Part shown: positions 1 to 12,212 of the stretch, piece after piece | Layout: each line of letters opens with the position of its first letter | Position numbering within the stretch: position 1 is the first letter of the stretch | From: Eledone cirrhosa | Taxonomy: Eukaryota | DNA length: 64,000 bases | Direction of reading: 5' to 3' | NCBI GenBank assembly: GCA_964016885.1 | Contig: OZ024743.1 | Coordinates: 251,534,001-251,598,000, forward strand | Position numbers and translations under genes: made by a program | The notes under the pieces: generated by a model | What the model was told of the DNA's origin: nothing | The model's input: only the letters and a program-made list of their open reading frames with translations | The model's database searches: none

Positions 1-99
1 AAAGGTTTCAAGGAACATAGAGTCATAACCTGAAGTTAAAGCTTAATATGTGTTTACTTAGTGGTATCAGTTTTAGGAAATGGTATTTGTAAGAAGGAA

Positions 100-985
100 A
101 GCCAAATTATGTAGTTCAACATAAGTAGAATATTAATTATAGGTTAACTAAAATAAAAATAGTTTATATATTAATTTCTAAGGTGTATACTAATTAGGTT
201 TATAATATTTAAAGCGGAATTATGCAGTTCAACAGTAGTAGAATATTAATTATAGTTTAACTAAATTAAAAATAATTACATATGTTTACTTGATGGTATC
301 AGTTTTAGGAAATGATATTTGTAAGAGGGAAAGCCAAATTATGTAGTTCATCGGTAGTAGAATATTAATTATAGGTTAACTAAATTAAAAATAGTTTATA
401 TATTAATTTCTATAGTGTATGTTAATTAGGTTTATAATATTTAAAGCAGAATTTTGTATTTTATCTGTAGTAGAATTTTAATTATAGGTTAACTAAATTA
501 AAATTAATCTATATATTAATTTCTAAAGTGTATATTAATTAGGTTTATATTTAAATGTTTTTCTCAGTTTATGATTACACGATATTTTGTATTTCATCTG
601 TAGTAGAATTTTAATTATAAGTTAACTAAATTAAAAATATAGGTTAACTAAATTAAAATTAATCTATATATTAATTTCTAAATTGTATATTAATTAGGTT
701 TATAATATTTAAAATTTTTCTCCGTTTATGATTACACGATATTTTGTTGTATTTCATCTGTAGTAGAATTTTAATAATAGGTTAACTAAATTAAAATTAA
801 TCTATATATTAATTTCTAAAGTGTATATTAATTAGGTTTATTATATTTAAATGTTTTTCTCAGTTTATGATTACACGATATTTTGTATTTCATCTGTAGT
901 AGAATTTTAATTATGGGTTAACTAAATTAAAATTATAGGTTAACTACATTAAAATTAATTTATATATTAATTTCTAAAATGTATA
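100..985 (-). repeat. Irregular tandem amplification (~115-235 bp spacing) of the 3' end of the adjacent Penelope-like element
   Basis: TAATTAGGTTTAT(A)ATATTTAAA, the reverse complement of the last PLE codons (FKYYKPN*), recurs at ~192, 424, 537, 692, 830 and 988. It alternates with a GTAGTAGAAT.TTAATTATAGGTTAACTAAATTAAAA block, and the proximal units also carry CTCAGTTTATGATTACACGATATT from the ORF. Confidence 0.85.
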
Positions 986-3040
986 TTAATTAGGTTTATA
1001 ATATTTAAATGTTTTTCTCAGTTTATGATTACACGATATTATTAATTCCTGCCGCTTATTTAATAGGATATCCTTAGATTTCATTATTTCGAAAAGTTCT
1101 TGGGAACACAATCTACATTCATTTCTACTATTTTGATAAGGGGTGGCTCTTTTGAGCACACTCCAGGTCATGTCATATTCTATATTCCTCTTTCTATAAC
1201 TATTAATTTTTTCTGCTAGAGATGTTGTATTAGCTAGTGCGGCATTTTTAAAACTATGTTTGTGGGTATTAAATCTTACCTTAAAATTGTTAGAAGTAGC
1301 TCCTATATATGAACAAATAGAGTCCTTAGTGTTAACTTTACATTTATATACTACGTTATTAACAAGACAATTTCCTTTTAATGGGCAGTTTGCCTTGTTT
1401 CTACAGTTACAACTTTTCGTTAATCCTGTATTTGAGGAGATATTATGGCTAGTTTGATGTACTGGTGGTATACTTATGGTTTTTTTACATTTATATGCAT
1501 TATAGGCACTTATATTTTGTTTTATGTTTTTGGTTGTTGAGTATGAGAATTTAACTATTGATCTATTTAAGATTTGATGGTATTTGTGGTTTGGCGGGAA
1601 GTTTTTCTCTAGGATATTAAAGAATTTTTTAGGTATGTTATCCTTAACTTGTAAATTAAATGGAGCATTATACCAAGTAACTCGTCTACTACGGTTTCTA
1701 TGTTGTTTATTGTTTTTATAGGATGCATCCTGATGTTTACTAGGAGAATTATTGTTAATGACCTCTCCACACACATTTTTAGTTAGATTTATTGATTTAG
1801 GTGTTTTAGCTTGTTTATTAGGAGTTTTATTATTAACATTTATTAGAGTTGTAGGATGAGTAGTTTTTTGAGAGTTACTATATTGTATATTAGAGGAGTT
1901 AGAAAAATTTGGTTTTATGTTGGTATTTTGGGGTATAGTGTGAGTGGCATGTAGGTGTGTACGTTTCATTTGGTGTTTGTTGGTAATATTAGGTTGTATG
2001 TTTGTAGTGTTATTGGTAGAAGGTATATATTCCAATCTATTTTTGTGGCCACTTCTAGCTAGAGCTTCGTTATAAAAGGTCGCATTTTTATCAAATATAT
2101 CTTGGTTAGACGAAAGGTTAGAAATTCTAAGTGATATATTATATGCAAGGTTTTTAAGGATAGATTTAGGGTGATTAGATTGTGAATGTATGTAGTGTAA
2201 ATTTTGGTTGGGTTTATGGTAAGGTTGGTAGATACCCGTAGCTAAGTCTAATGTTATATCTAGGAAATTAACTACTTTACTTGTGTTTTCAAATGTAATA
2301 TCTAGACTATAATAGTCTTTAAGGAAAGTTCTAATAAGCTTTTTGTTTTTTTCTATCTCTGAGAGGCTAAGGTTATTGGAAAGAAGAAGACAGTCGTCAC
2401 GATATAAACCACCTTTAAGGTGGGGAAAAGAAGCATTTAAGTTAAAAAGAAGAAAGAGGCCCACAAGATCAGTAATTTGGGCAGAATCGCTTGAGCCCAT
2501 AGTAATATCAAATAGATTACTATATGTGTTTCTGGTCCAGTATTCATTCTAAAATTCAATTAGTGTTAGTCTAGCATGTGTAATAATATTAATGTCATCC
2601 AAAGTTAAGTTAGATCTATTTTTAGCAAATATCAAGGCTTTGTTCAGGAGTATAGGTGATATAGAAGAATAGTAATTATCTATATCAAATTGTAGAAATG
2701 AAGCAGAGGATTTATATCTAATATTATTAAACCAGTTAATTACCTGGGATGTGTTTTCCCAGAGTGGTAGATTAACATGTTTTCTTATTTGTGGGATGAC
2801 TCTATCTAAAATTTTTTTACTAATTATTCCAATATCGGATTTGGAAGGGCATATAAGTCTTATAGAAGGATTAGAGTTAAAGTTTGATTTATGATCTTTC
2901 AGGTTGAAGTGTGGTCTTTTCAATGCCAAAGGTTCAGTTCTATCTTCAATATTAAGTCTATTCACTATGCTGTGTGTTTTGTTGTTGATGTTGGTAAGTG
3001 ACGCATTAGTTGTTTTTCTATAATTTTTCCTGAGTTCTTT
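986..3040 (-). mobile_element. Penelope-like retroelement (RT + C-terminal GIY-YIG endonuclease), Hydra-clade-like; 5'-truncated, one in-frame TAG
   Basis: ORFs 2549-2965 and 986-2500 are in the same frame, separated only by TAG at 2549-2551 (LIEF*NEYWTRNTYSNLFDITMGS). Motifs: RLICP, FDIDNYY, FDITMGS, GLYRDD, FLDITL, linker CNCRNKANCPLKGNC (CxCx5Cx5C), VVY...YIG...FKVRFNTH, CRLC..E, LNKRQE. The frame stays open upstream to the (TA)n at 3041. Confidence 0.92.
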
Positions 3041-3050
3041 ATATATATAT

Positions 3051-3615
3051 AAAAGAATTTTCGCTCTACATGGCTGAATACAATAAATGTAATCTGAGTT
3101 TTTCGAATGAACCCTTCATTCTACTGCATTTGGCTTTAAAAATGAGGCTTGTTTGCATAATTGCAAACGAAGTGAATGTTATTATTAATTTTCAAAAAAC
3201 TCAAATTACATTTATTGTATTCAGCCATGTAGAGCGAAATTTTTTTTTTTTATTTGAATGTGGCAAAGCCGGCCATTTATCGCTCGTATACAGGAAACTG
3301 ACTGGCCAGTCTGCTGATATGCAAATCTGCTAATATGCAGATCCGACTGATCAGCCATTCTGCTAATATGCAAATCAGGCCAATCAGTCACTGTATATTT
3401 TAGAAAATAGCATATATTTTCACTAGCTCTGACAGTTGGCAGGTGAACAGTGAGCTGTACTGATGAAGGGTGATACCTAGAAACATTAGTGTCTGTAGTT
3501 CTGTTTACATGCCAACACAAGAGCAAGAATGGCTTTAAAAATGAGGATTGTTTGCATAATTGCAAACAAATTGAATGTTATTATTAATATTTGAAAAACT
3601 CAGATTACATTTATT
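3051..3615 (+). mobile_element. Non-autonomous HHR element (PLE pseudo-LTR / retrozyme-like): ~400-bp unit with terminal redundancy and an inverted 5' arm, between (TA)n tracts
   Basis: 3131-3216 is repeated at 3530-3615; 3051-3106 is the reverse complement of ~3192-3248; (TA)n lies on both sides; contains an HHR. Confidence 0.8.
3435..3516 (+). ncRNA. Type I hammerhead ribozyme, GUC cleavage triplet
   Basis: GCTGTA-CTGATGA(3460)-AGGGTGATACCTA-GAAAC-ATTAGT-GTC-TGTAGT. Helix III ACA/UGU; helix I extended by GTTGGCA/TGCCAAC and GTGAACAG/CTGTTTAC. Confidence 0.8.
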
Positions 3616-3744
3616 TTATATATATATATATATCATCATCATCATCATATATATATATATATATATATATGACAAATACAGGGAATCAAAACCAATTTGT
3701 CTTATTAGGTTATTAGGATCATGCTTTGGATAATAGATGGTAAA

Positions 3745-3786
3745 AAAGTTAAACGTATCAGATATTATTCCTTCATCAGGAGAGTA
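3745..3786 (-). ncRNA. Decayed hammerhead-like motif in a small insert between (TA)n tracts
   Basis: Minus strand CTGATGA-AGGAATAATATCT-GATACGTT; the GAAA box reads GATA. Confidence 0.4.
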
Positions 3787-6576
3787 CAGTATTACAGAGA
3801 TTAGAAAATTAAAAAAATAAATATATATATATATGTAATATGTATATGCATGAATACATATTTGTGTATATACATGTTTGTGTATATATGTATGTAATTG
3901 CATGCATATATGTGTGTTTGTGTGTATGCATATATTGTCCTTTTTCAGTTTGCATGCTTGGACAAGTTTTGTTAGACCAGTAGTTGCACATAGAGCTACT
4001 CTCTCTTCTCCATATCCAAAGGAGTTTCTGGGCCAATACAGTTTGGGACCAGTGTCATTTAAGATGTTGTCATCAAATGAATTCTAAATTTATTTGAGTA
4101 TTGATATGGTGAAATGTATTCTGATAATTTAGAATGTGTATATTGTTGCAATAACTTCTTTTAAATGGATTTACAGTAAGAATTTTATTTCACCATTGTT
4201 GGCAAGAGAAAACTTACCTTGTTAAACTCATTCATGATTTAGAATGTCACATGCTTTTTGATATTAAGATTGATGCAATTACATAGAGAAAAAAGAGTTT
4301 TGTTTGTGTTTATATTGTAAAGTCTTTTAATAATACTGATTCTTGAAGTACAATATTTTTGGTGAAACAATAGCTGACCTTAATGCTATTTTCATTAATT
4401 ACTCTGTTATCCATGGTTTTAATAGAAATGAATATTTATAAGGTTTGGGTTGACCCGACAATATTGAACTTCTTAAAGCTTCTGCCATGGCAACAGGAAA
4501 TGTAGTCAGATTTTCAACAAAATTCTAAACCCTCACAATCAATTTTGCTATCCCTCATAACCAGATACATGACATTTTATCAACAATAAGATGAAGTTAG
4601 GACCTCATGATTGCAAACTAAACTTCTTAACCATTTGGCCATGTATGCAGCAAATTTAGTCAGACCTTCAACAAAACTCTCCACACTCACAACCTCTGCT
4701 ACTTCTCAGCAGCTAATATGACAATTTATCAACAATGGAAAGGACGGACACAGGTCGGACTTAGCTAAAATTTAATTAAAATTTATTTCCTAAATATAGA
4801 AGTGTTAAGAACACGAGGCGATGGAAAGTAGAGAGCTAGTTTGTTTTTTTAAAGAGTGAAAAAATAATTATAATTCTGTTGGTTAACTTGAAAATATGCA
4901 TGAGAATGGAAAATATGGTGAAAGTGAGAGGGAAAGAGATCACACTAATTATTATTACACTTATGAACAATGAGGGAAAAATGCCTAATAAAATATAGAT
5001 TGTATTGTAATTATTATTATTATCATCATCATCATCAGAAGTAATAGTGGTGGTGGTGGTGGTGGTGGTAATTTTCTTATTATCATCAACACCACTACTA
5101 CCATCAACATCATCATCATCAGTATCACTGCCACCATTACCAATGTGATCAACCACAACCACTGCTGCCATCACCATCACAACCATCATCAGCATCAATA
5201 TCATTGAAATAAAGATAAAAACACAATTTCAATTATTATTATTGTTGTTGTTATTATTATTGTTATTATTATTATTATTACTATTATTATTCCTTTTCTT
5301 TAGTTTTCTCTCCAAAATCAATTGTTTCTTCAATTAACTATTATAATATTAAAGTTGATATTATTTTTTGTTTTCTGTCTGATGCAAGGAAAAGAGATTT
5401 TTTCATTAGATAACGGGTGAATATAATAATAATAGTAATAATAATAATAATATGAGTGAATGGGAAAGACATAGTTACAAGATTGGCTGCAAAACTTTTT
5501 AATTATTTACCCAACTCATATTTCCATCATAAGATTTGATTTCAAAAAAATCCAATTGCAATTATAAGTTTGCAAGTTATAAAACTTAATTTTGGCTGTC
5601 ATCTTCTATATATAGACAGAATCTGGTTGTGTATCATGGTGTGGTTAATAAGTGTGTAGATACTCTTACTTACACTGCTTTAGAATCTGGTTGTATCAGG
5701 ATATGATACATAAATGAGACTTGTGCATTGCTATATATGTACGTATGGATTCATAACTCCTGGTGGAAGTGTAGGAGTGCTGTACTGACTGAAATATGGT
5801 GTGTCTTGGGCATTTAAACCTGGCAGAGCCCATCACCTTTCTATATCTGAACACAGCCAGTTTGTTCCAATAATTTAATGAGTAAGCTGTTCCATTAATT
5901 CAAAATCTAGAAAACTCATTGTTGAAACTGACTGCAGTCCATTCCATTGGAGTGAGCTACAGTTTTACTTAGCAGTCTCCTGAACACCATCAAACATCAG
6001 CATACAGAATTCATTTGGACATGTAATGAAAAAAAGTGTTCCCTGCAACATCTGGTAACAACAAGAAATGAGTATAGTCAAATAAATGGTTGGCTTAACA
6101 TCATGGTTAATGACAACAACTACCATCCAGATGGTTAGAGACTGTAAAGATTGTAAGACAGAATCACCTGCACAGCTAATTGATATATATATTTATATAT
6201 ATATAACTAGAAATTGATTAACATATAAATAAACATGAATAACCACAGGAGATAAATTTTACAAGTGTGTAACCCAACATAGCTAGGTAGGTAACTAAAT
6301 AAAGTTGACCAGAACTTCAAAAATAGATACCTTATAATGGCATGACACCCATAATTTTGATTTAGAGTAAATTCATTTGATTTATCTTAATTTTGGATAT
6401 AGATATATAAATATTTATAAATATATATATATATATAACATACATGCACACACACACACACACAAATATATATATACATATACAACCAAAGATTAATATG
6501 GTTCATTGATTATTCAATGAATATAGTTTTACAATAGATTAAAAGCACTCTACAAGAAGTTTTCTGGAGTTATTAA

Positions 6577-6843
6577 TATTATTCAAAATATTAATAAATG
6601 AAGACATTCACATAATCAAAATATATGTTTTATTATATATATTTTGAAGGTACTGTGCTGTTTTTTCAGTACGTCATCGTCAGATAAAATACATGAATTG
6701 ATGTATGACATACCTCAACTGTCTTGATGTATTTTATCTGACGAGGACGTACTGAAAAAACAACACAGTACCTTCGAAATATATATAATAAAACATATTT
6801 TCATTATGTGAATGTCTTCATACATTAATATTTTGAATAATAT
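6577..6843. mobile_element. Palindromic HHR element (~120-bp arms, ~28-bp spacer)
   Basis: 6577-6697 is the reverse complement of 6725-6843. Right-arm HHR: ATTTTAT-CTGACGA(6738)-GGACGTACTG...CAGTACCTTC-GAAA(6776)-TATATA-TAATAAAAC. Mirror copy on the minus strand (TCGTCAG 6677-6683). TA-rich right flank. Confidence 0.8.
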
Positions 6844-7036
6844 ATACATATGTATATATATATATATATATACATACATAGATATGTATATTTGTACTTA
6901 CAAACAGACACACATATATGCATGCGCATATATATAACATACATACACACACACACACACACATAAATATATATATGGACGTTAAACGATGATGATGATG
7001 ATGATGATGATATATATATATATATATATATATATC

Positions 7037-7238
7037 TATCATCATCATCATCATCGTTTAACGTCCATGTTCCACGCTTGCATGGGTTTGGACGGGAGTT
7101 TTCCCACTTGAGGCAAGAGTGGTTGTCTTGCTCGCATAGGACTGTCTGGCGGGTTTTCTACAGCTGGATGCCCTTCCTAACACCAACCACATTTACAGTG
7201 TGGGACTGGGAGGTTTTTACCGTGTTGCCTACATGGCT
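7037..7238 (-). mobile_element. RTE LINE 3'-UTR fragment with (GAT)n tail
   Basis: Reverse complement of the 3' end of the RTE at 31290-31490 (GGACGTTAAACGATGATG tail), inserted in (TA)n. Confidence 0.85.
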
Positions 7239-7532
7239 ATATATATATATATATATATATATGTATACATAGATATGTATATTTGTACTTACAAACAAAC
7301 ATAGACACACACATATATGCATGTGCACATGTACAGCTCTGTTTACAAAATGTTTTTTTCCCTGTCAGCTAGACATGCTCAATCAGCACCTTTTAAAACA
7401 AGATTATCTTACACAGAATGCCAGCATCAACAATTTTCCTAGAAATGGTGACGGAAATAGATCTGTTTTTTTTCTCTAAACAAATTTATTTTTGTTTCCT
7501 TAATCTTTCTATTTATTCTTTAATTTCTCATT

Positions 7533-7575
7533 CTATTTTCTGATGAAAGACTAGCGTCCAAAACGTTAAGACTCA
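7533..7575 (+). ncRNA. Decayed minimal hammerhead-like motif (second copy at 9599-9640)
   Basis: CTGATGA-AAGACTAGCGTCC-AAAACGTTA; the GAAA box is mutated, and the AACGTT helix III is palindromic. The 9.6-kb copy reads CTGATGAAAGACTAGTGTCTAAAATGTTAAGAC. Confidence 0.45.
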
Positions 7576-8129
7576 TTTCCTACTATATCAAGCATAAACG
7601 GACGTAAAAATTATGATGATGATGATATATATATGAATATTAATAATAAGTACAAATTAAACTTGTAGCTGCAATATAGCAGATACCAATCGAATTGTTT
7701 GAGGTAGTCACAAAGCACTCAATGGTATGAAAATTTAATACACTTTTGTTGAGATTGAACACAAAGTTAAGAAAATATGACATGAAGAAAAGTGACCAAA
7801 TGCATATGGCCATACCTATACCACAACCACGATAAGTACAAACGAGTTGAAGACTTACTTGGACTGGCTTGAGTAGATAGGAATCAATAGAAATCTTTGG
7901 TAGGTTTCTGGGATACAGAAAGCTGCACCACAAGTTGCATAATGGATATGCAAATCATAAATGCTTGTTCATGATTGAGCAGAAGTCTCAGTCATTGGCA
8001 GGCTTTGTTGTGATTATCCAACGTATTCGTTCTACAAGACATTGAGACATTCTACTATAGTAGTAAATTTGCCTGTGATCACATGACTTTTCTCAAAAGG
8101 TGAAGGTCAAGTTGGCCGAACTGTTGGCA

Positions 8130-8179
<50 letters not shown>

Positions 8180-8494
8180 CATATATGGACCACGTAACTC
8201 CTGATGGAGTTGTAGTTGCACTGTAGGGATATACAATGGGTTTTATGAATACTGCTGGGGCTTTTTTTTCGAGAGAGAGGAAGTAAGAAAGAGATATAGA
8301 AGAAGAATCAACCTCAGTACTGCACAGTTGCTTTATTATGGACTGTGAAAGGATTAAAGGTAACATTTACCTTGGCATGATTTGAACTTAAAGAGTGCAG
8401 AAAGCTTGAAGGAATACTACAATGCATTCTATCAGTTGTTCTAACAACTTTGCCAAACCAAGTTTTATAAAAGAATGAGTCAGGACCCCGATGG

Positions 8495-8576
8495 TTGAGT
8501 TCTTTCCATTTCAACAGCTAGTTCCAGACTGAATTGCAAATGTGTTGGCTGTGTAGTTGCTGTTTCATCAGGAAGT
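8495..8576 (-). ncRNA. Hammerhead-like motif with long loop 2, decayed
   Basis: Minus strand CTGATGA-AACAGC...GCTGTT-GAAA with a perfect 6-bp helix II; helices I and III are poorly formed. Confidence 0.4.
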
Positions 8577-10402
8577 ATCAATTAGTCCAAATAAGTGCAT
8601 ACCTTGTTTATCCAGTTGTAAAGAATCTTTATGAAAGTATCTGGTTTGGTTAGGGAGTGGCTGTGTGTGGTTGTGTGTATAAATATCTGACTTAGTGTTT
8701 ATACGTATGTGTGCGTCTATATGTGCAGTCAAGTTTATCTATCCTGACCTATCTACAGGGTGGGCCAGAATTCATAACTCACTTGATTATTTATAAATCT
8801 ATTAACACAAACAGTTATAAAACAAGTTAAGGAATATAATGGAATATAAATTAAGAAACCTGCTAAGCATATTAATAAATTAAAACAATACAATAACAAT
8901 AAAATAAGCATGTTAAGAAATATAACTAACAAGCGAGTCATGAGTTCTGGCCAACCCTGTAAATAGAATAATTGTGGAGAGGGGGACAAAATATATTTAT
9001 TGAGATGGCCTATTAGGGTTAGTGGCTTGTGTGTGTGTGTGTATGCTCCCCCAGGCATGTTATCATGACCGTCAAACACCCAGAGTATATGATTGGCATT
9101 GATTGCAGGGAGCAGATCAAAGAATAGTACAAGTTGACAGAATGGTAATTTATCAGCTGTGAGATGGCTAATTTTCTTAGAGAAATCTGATTCAACAGTG
9201 CACACATGCATCTGAAGACAACTATATACACATAAACATATAAATTAGGCTAAGTGGTGGAATCTGGATATTAATGAGCTTTCTTCACACCTTTTAATTT
9301 TTATAGGAAAACTATACTTTGCACAGAACTATTTTAAAAGAAAAGTTGTAGATAACGATTGCTTTGATGGAATCGATAATATAATTCCATTTCAAATCGA
9401 AAAAATAAAAGATAGATAAAGGTGGCAACTATAAAAAGATACAGGTGTGGTCAATTAGCCAGTGCTAAATGGGACAATATCTAGTAGAATTGATTTGCTA
9501 TAGGTACTCTGGTACTTAAGTCCCTATAGATATGATTAGGTGTATAGATTTGATTCATTTATGATATCTTCTCTCTATTCTACCTTTTGTTTCTAACTCT
9601 ATTTTCTGATGAAAGACTAGTGTCTAAAATGTTAAGACACTTTTCATGTTATAACAAGCATATTTCTTCATTATACTGTGTCGTTTGCTTTGTTATTTCT
9701 GTTTATTTTTTGCAAAAATGTATTGGGATAGAAAGCAGCAACTACAGTGAAGATGGTTAGAGACCATACAAGATGGAGAGACAGAATCACTTACACTGTA
9801 TGGTATGGTACCTGATTAATTGAGTGCACACACAGACATAAGCATACCTGTGTGGGGTAAGCATATAAGGACAACAACTGATGCTTAAGCCAGAACATGC
9901 TGTTTTAAAAATCAAAACCATACAATTGAAGTAGAGTACATATAATATGTACATAATCTTCTTTCGAGCTGTCTCTCATAAAAATGAAAGATTTATATTG
10001 AAATCATATTTATTATTATTTACATTCATTTATACATCTTAGGCATTGAATGCCTATTGCTTGTATACAGGAAACACTATTGCCTTGTATAGTCACTTAA
10101 TTATGGCTGCTTAGCTTAGAGAAAATACAAGTAAATCGGAACTTGACCATGCCGAAAGCTCAAGAATATGGCAATTAATGATAGTAAGAAGGAAACATAA
10201 AGGTGCTGTGACACCATTAGGGAATAAAAGAAGGCATTCGGAATCTAAGATATGTTTTCCCTTGAAATGGTTCTATGTGATATTTATAACTTCATAGATG
10301 GGAGATTACCAAAAATCTCTTTGCTGGAATCTTTATTAAATTATTTCTCTGTTGGGGCATTCTAGAGCAATTATTATTATCGTTGTTGTTGTTTATCAGT
10401 AG

Positions 10403-10755
10403 TTTAGCTGATTGGTTAAGAAGTTTGCTTTGCAATCATTAGGTCTCAGGTTCGATACCACTGTATGGTATCTTAGACAAATGTCATTTAAAACATCTTC
10501 AGATCGACCCATACCTTGTAAGCAAATCTAGGTAGCAGAAACTGTTTAGAATCCCATTAGATGAACTGTACTTGTAATTCAAAGGTCCTTCACTGTCACA
10601 ATGTACACACTGTTACACTGAATATTTCTGAGAATTATGTTAAGGGCACATGTGTCTGTGGACTGTTCAGCCACTTACACATTAATTTCATGACCAAGCT
10701 GTTTCTTAGATTGAACAGCTGAAAAACTCGTTATGGAAATCAACAGAGCTCTAGT
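10403..10755 (+). mobile_element. tRNA-derived SINE, family 1 (related copies ~36605-36905 and ~42745-43110)
   Basis: A-box-like TAGCTGATTGG and B box GGTTCGATACC; the body (TGTGTCTGTGGA.T..TCA.CCACTT.ACATTAA) is shared among copies. Confidence 0.7.
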
Positions 10756-11689
10756 CCTTACTGGATACTTATCATTATAAGACAAGAGTGAACCTATTTA
10801 ACAGTCTGGTAATTATTGTGTGGCATAAAACATATATGTACAAAATATACATCCTCTGTAAATAGAAGCTAAACAAATATAAAGTAATTCACTAATACAC
10901 CCCAAGCAGAATGTATATTGGCAAGCTCTAAAGATCTATTATATACTTAGAAAGGCTAAGTGTTTGTTAATATGATCTTTTTTGTTACCAAATTAATGAA
11001 AAAGTATTCGTTACCATGATTTACATTACTACAGACGTTCTTTACCAAATGGTTTATCATCATCATCATCATGTATATATATATATGTGCGTGTGTGCGC
11101 ACACACACACACACACACACACACTCATACATAAAACAAGAAATGAGATTGTGTGTAAAATATATTCAGTTCTTGAGACAATGGTGGCCTTTAATATATC
11201 TCTAATCTCTCACCAGAGGCCGCAGCATCTATAGAACAACAACAACAACAACAACTATAAATACAGCAACAACTATAACAGCAACAGCTACAACAACAAC
11301 AGCTACAACTGCAACTGAAACTATAACATTAACAACTACAATAACAACAAAACAACAATATATATATATAGAAGAAAACTAAATCAGTATTTCTACACAG
11401 CATGCCTCAAGATCTACATATATAACAATGACCCCCACCTCACCCCCTATATTTTTAGATCTGCTAACAGGTGAATGATACAATATGAATATTTAGTTTG
11501 CTAATCAAGCCAGAATCTCTTGTTTGGAGTTGTGTGGGGGCCTTTAACGAGAAAGTGATAAATAGTTCAGCAACTCTATCTCTTTATCACACAGTCACTG
11601 GCCATTAGAGTTGTGCTCTTTTAACAATTTAATTTGCCTTCCAGAGCAGTTTGATAACAAATGTCTTTTATAAGATTTCTTGTATTGTA

Positions 11690-12212
11690 TTGTGTTATAT
11701 TGGGCTGAGTGGTAGTGGTAGTTGTGGTGGTGGTTGTGGTGGTGGTGTGGTATGGTGTGGTATGGTGTTGTGTGGGGTTGGGTAGAGGGTGTGGTATGAT
11801 GTATAGCAGTGTGGTGTAGTATGGGATGGTATGGTGTAGTATGGTGTGTAGTGGTGGTGGTTGTGGTATGGTGTTGGATAGAGTGTGTGGTGTGTAGTGG
11901 TGGTGGTGGTGGTGTGGTATGGTGTTGTGAGGGTTTGGGTAGTGGGTGTGGTGTGTGGCATGATGTGTAGTAGTGTAATGTAATATAGTGTAGAGTGGTG
12001 TAGTGTGGTGGTGGTGGTGGTGGTGGTGGTGGTGGTGTATGGTGTGGTGTTGTGTGGGGGTGGTGTGCATGATGTGGGATGTGGTGAGGTGTGGTAGGGT
12101 ATCATGTGGTGGAGTGGTGTGTGGTGTGGTGGGGTCTCATATGATGTGGTGCAATGTGTGATGTGTTGTATGATGTAGTTTAGTGTGTGGCGTGGTGTGG
12201 TGAGGTCTGTCA
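11690..12212. repeat. Low-complexity (GTG/GGTGT)n tract
   Basis: Degenerate GT-rich repeats; these explain the His/Thr/Pro-rich ORFs. Confidence 0.85.

Noticed and set aside
2549-2551. In-frame stop in the PLE as selenocysteine recoding (as in some Naiad PLEs)
   Set aside because: The codon is TAG, not TGA, at a non-Cys position, and the endonuclease is C-terminal, unlike Naiads.
3925-4085. Possible coding fragment on the minus strand (NSFDDNILNDTGPKLYWPRNSFGYGEERVALCATTGLTKLVQACK)
   Set aside because: Protein-like, but no family or splice structure was recognised; it needs BLASTX.
7640-8132. Possible further GIY-YIG remnant between TA tracts
   Set aside because: Only a weak C...YVG resemblance with many stops.
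10403-10470. tRNA genes at SINE heads (also 33093 and 42745)
   Set aside because: A and B boxes are present, but there is no intact cloverleaf and each continues into a repeat body.
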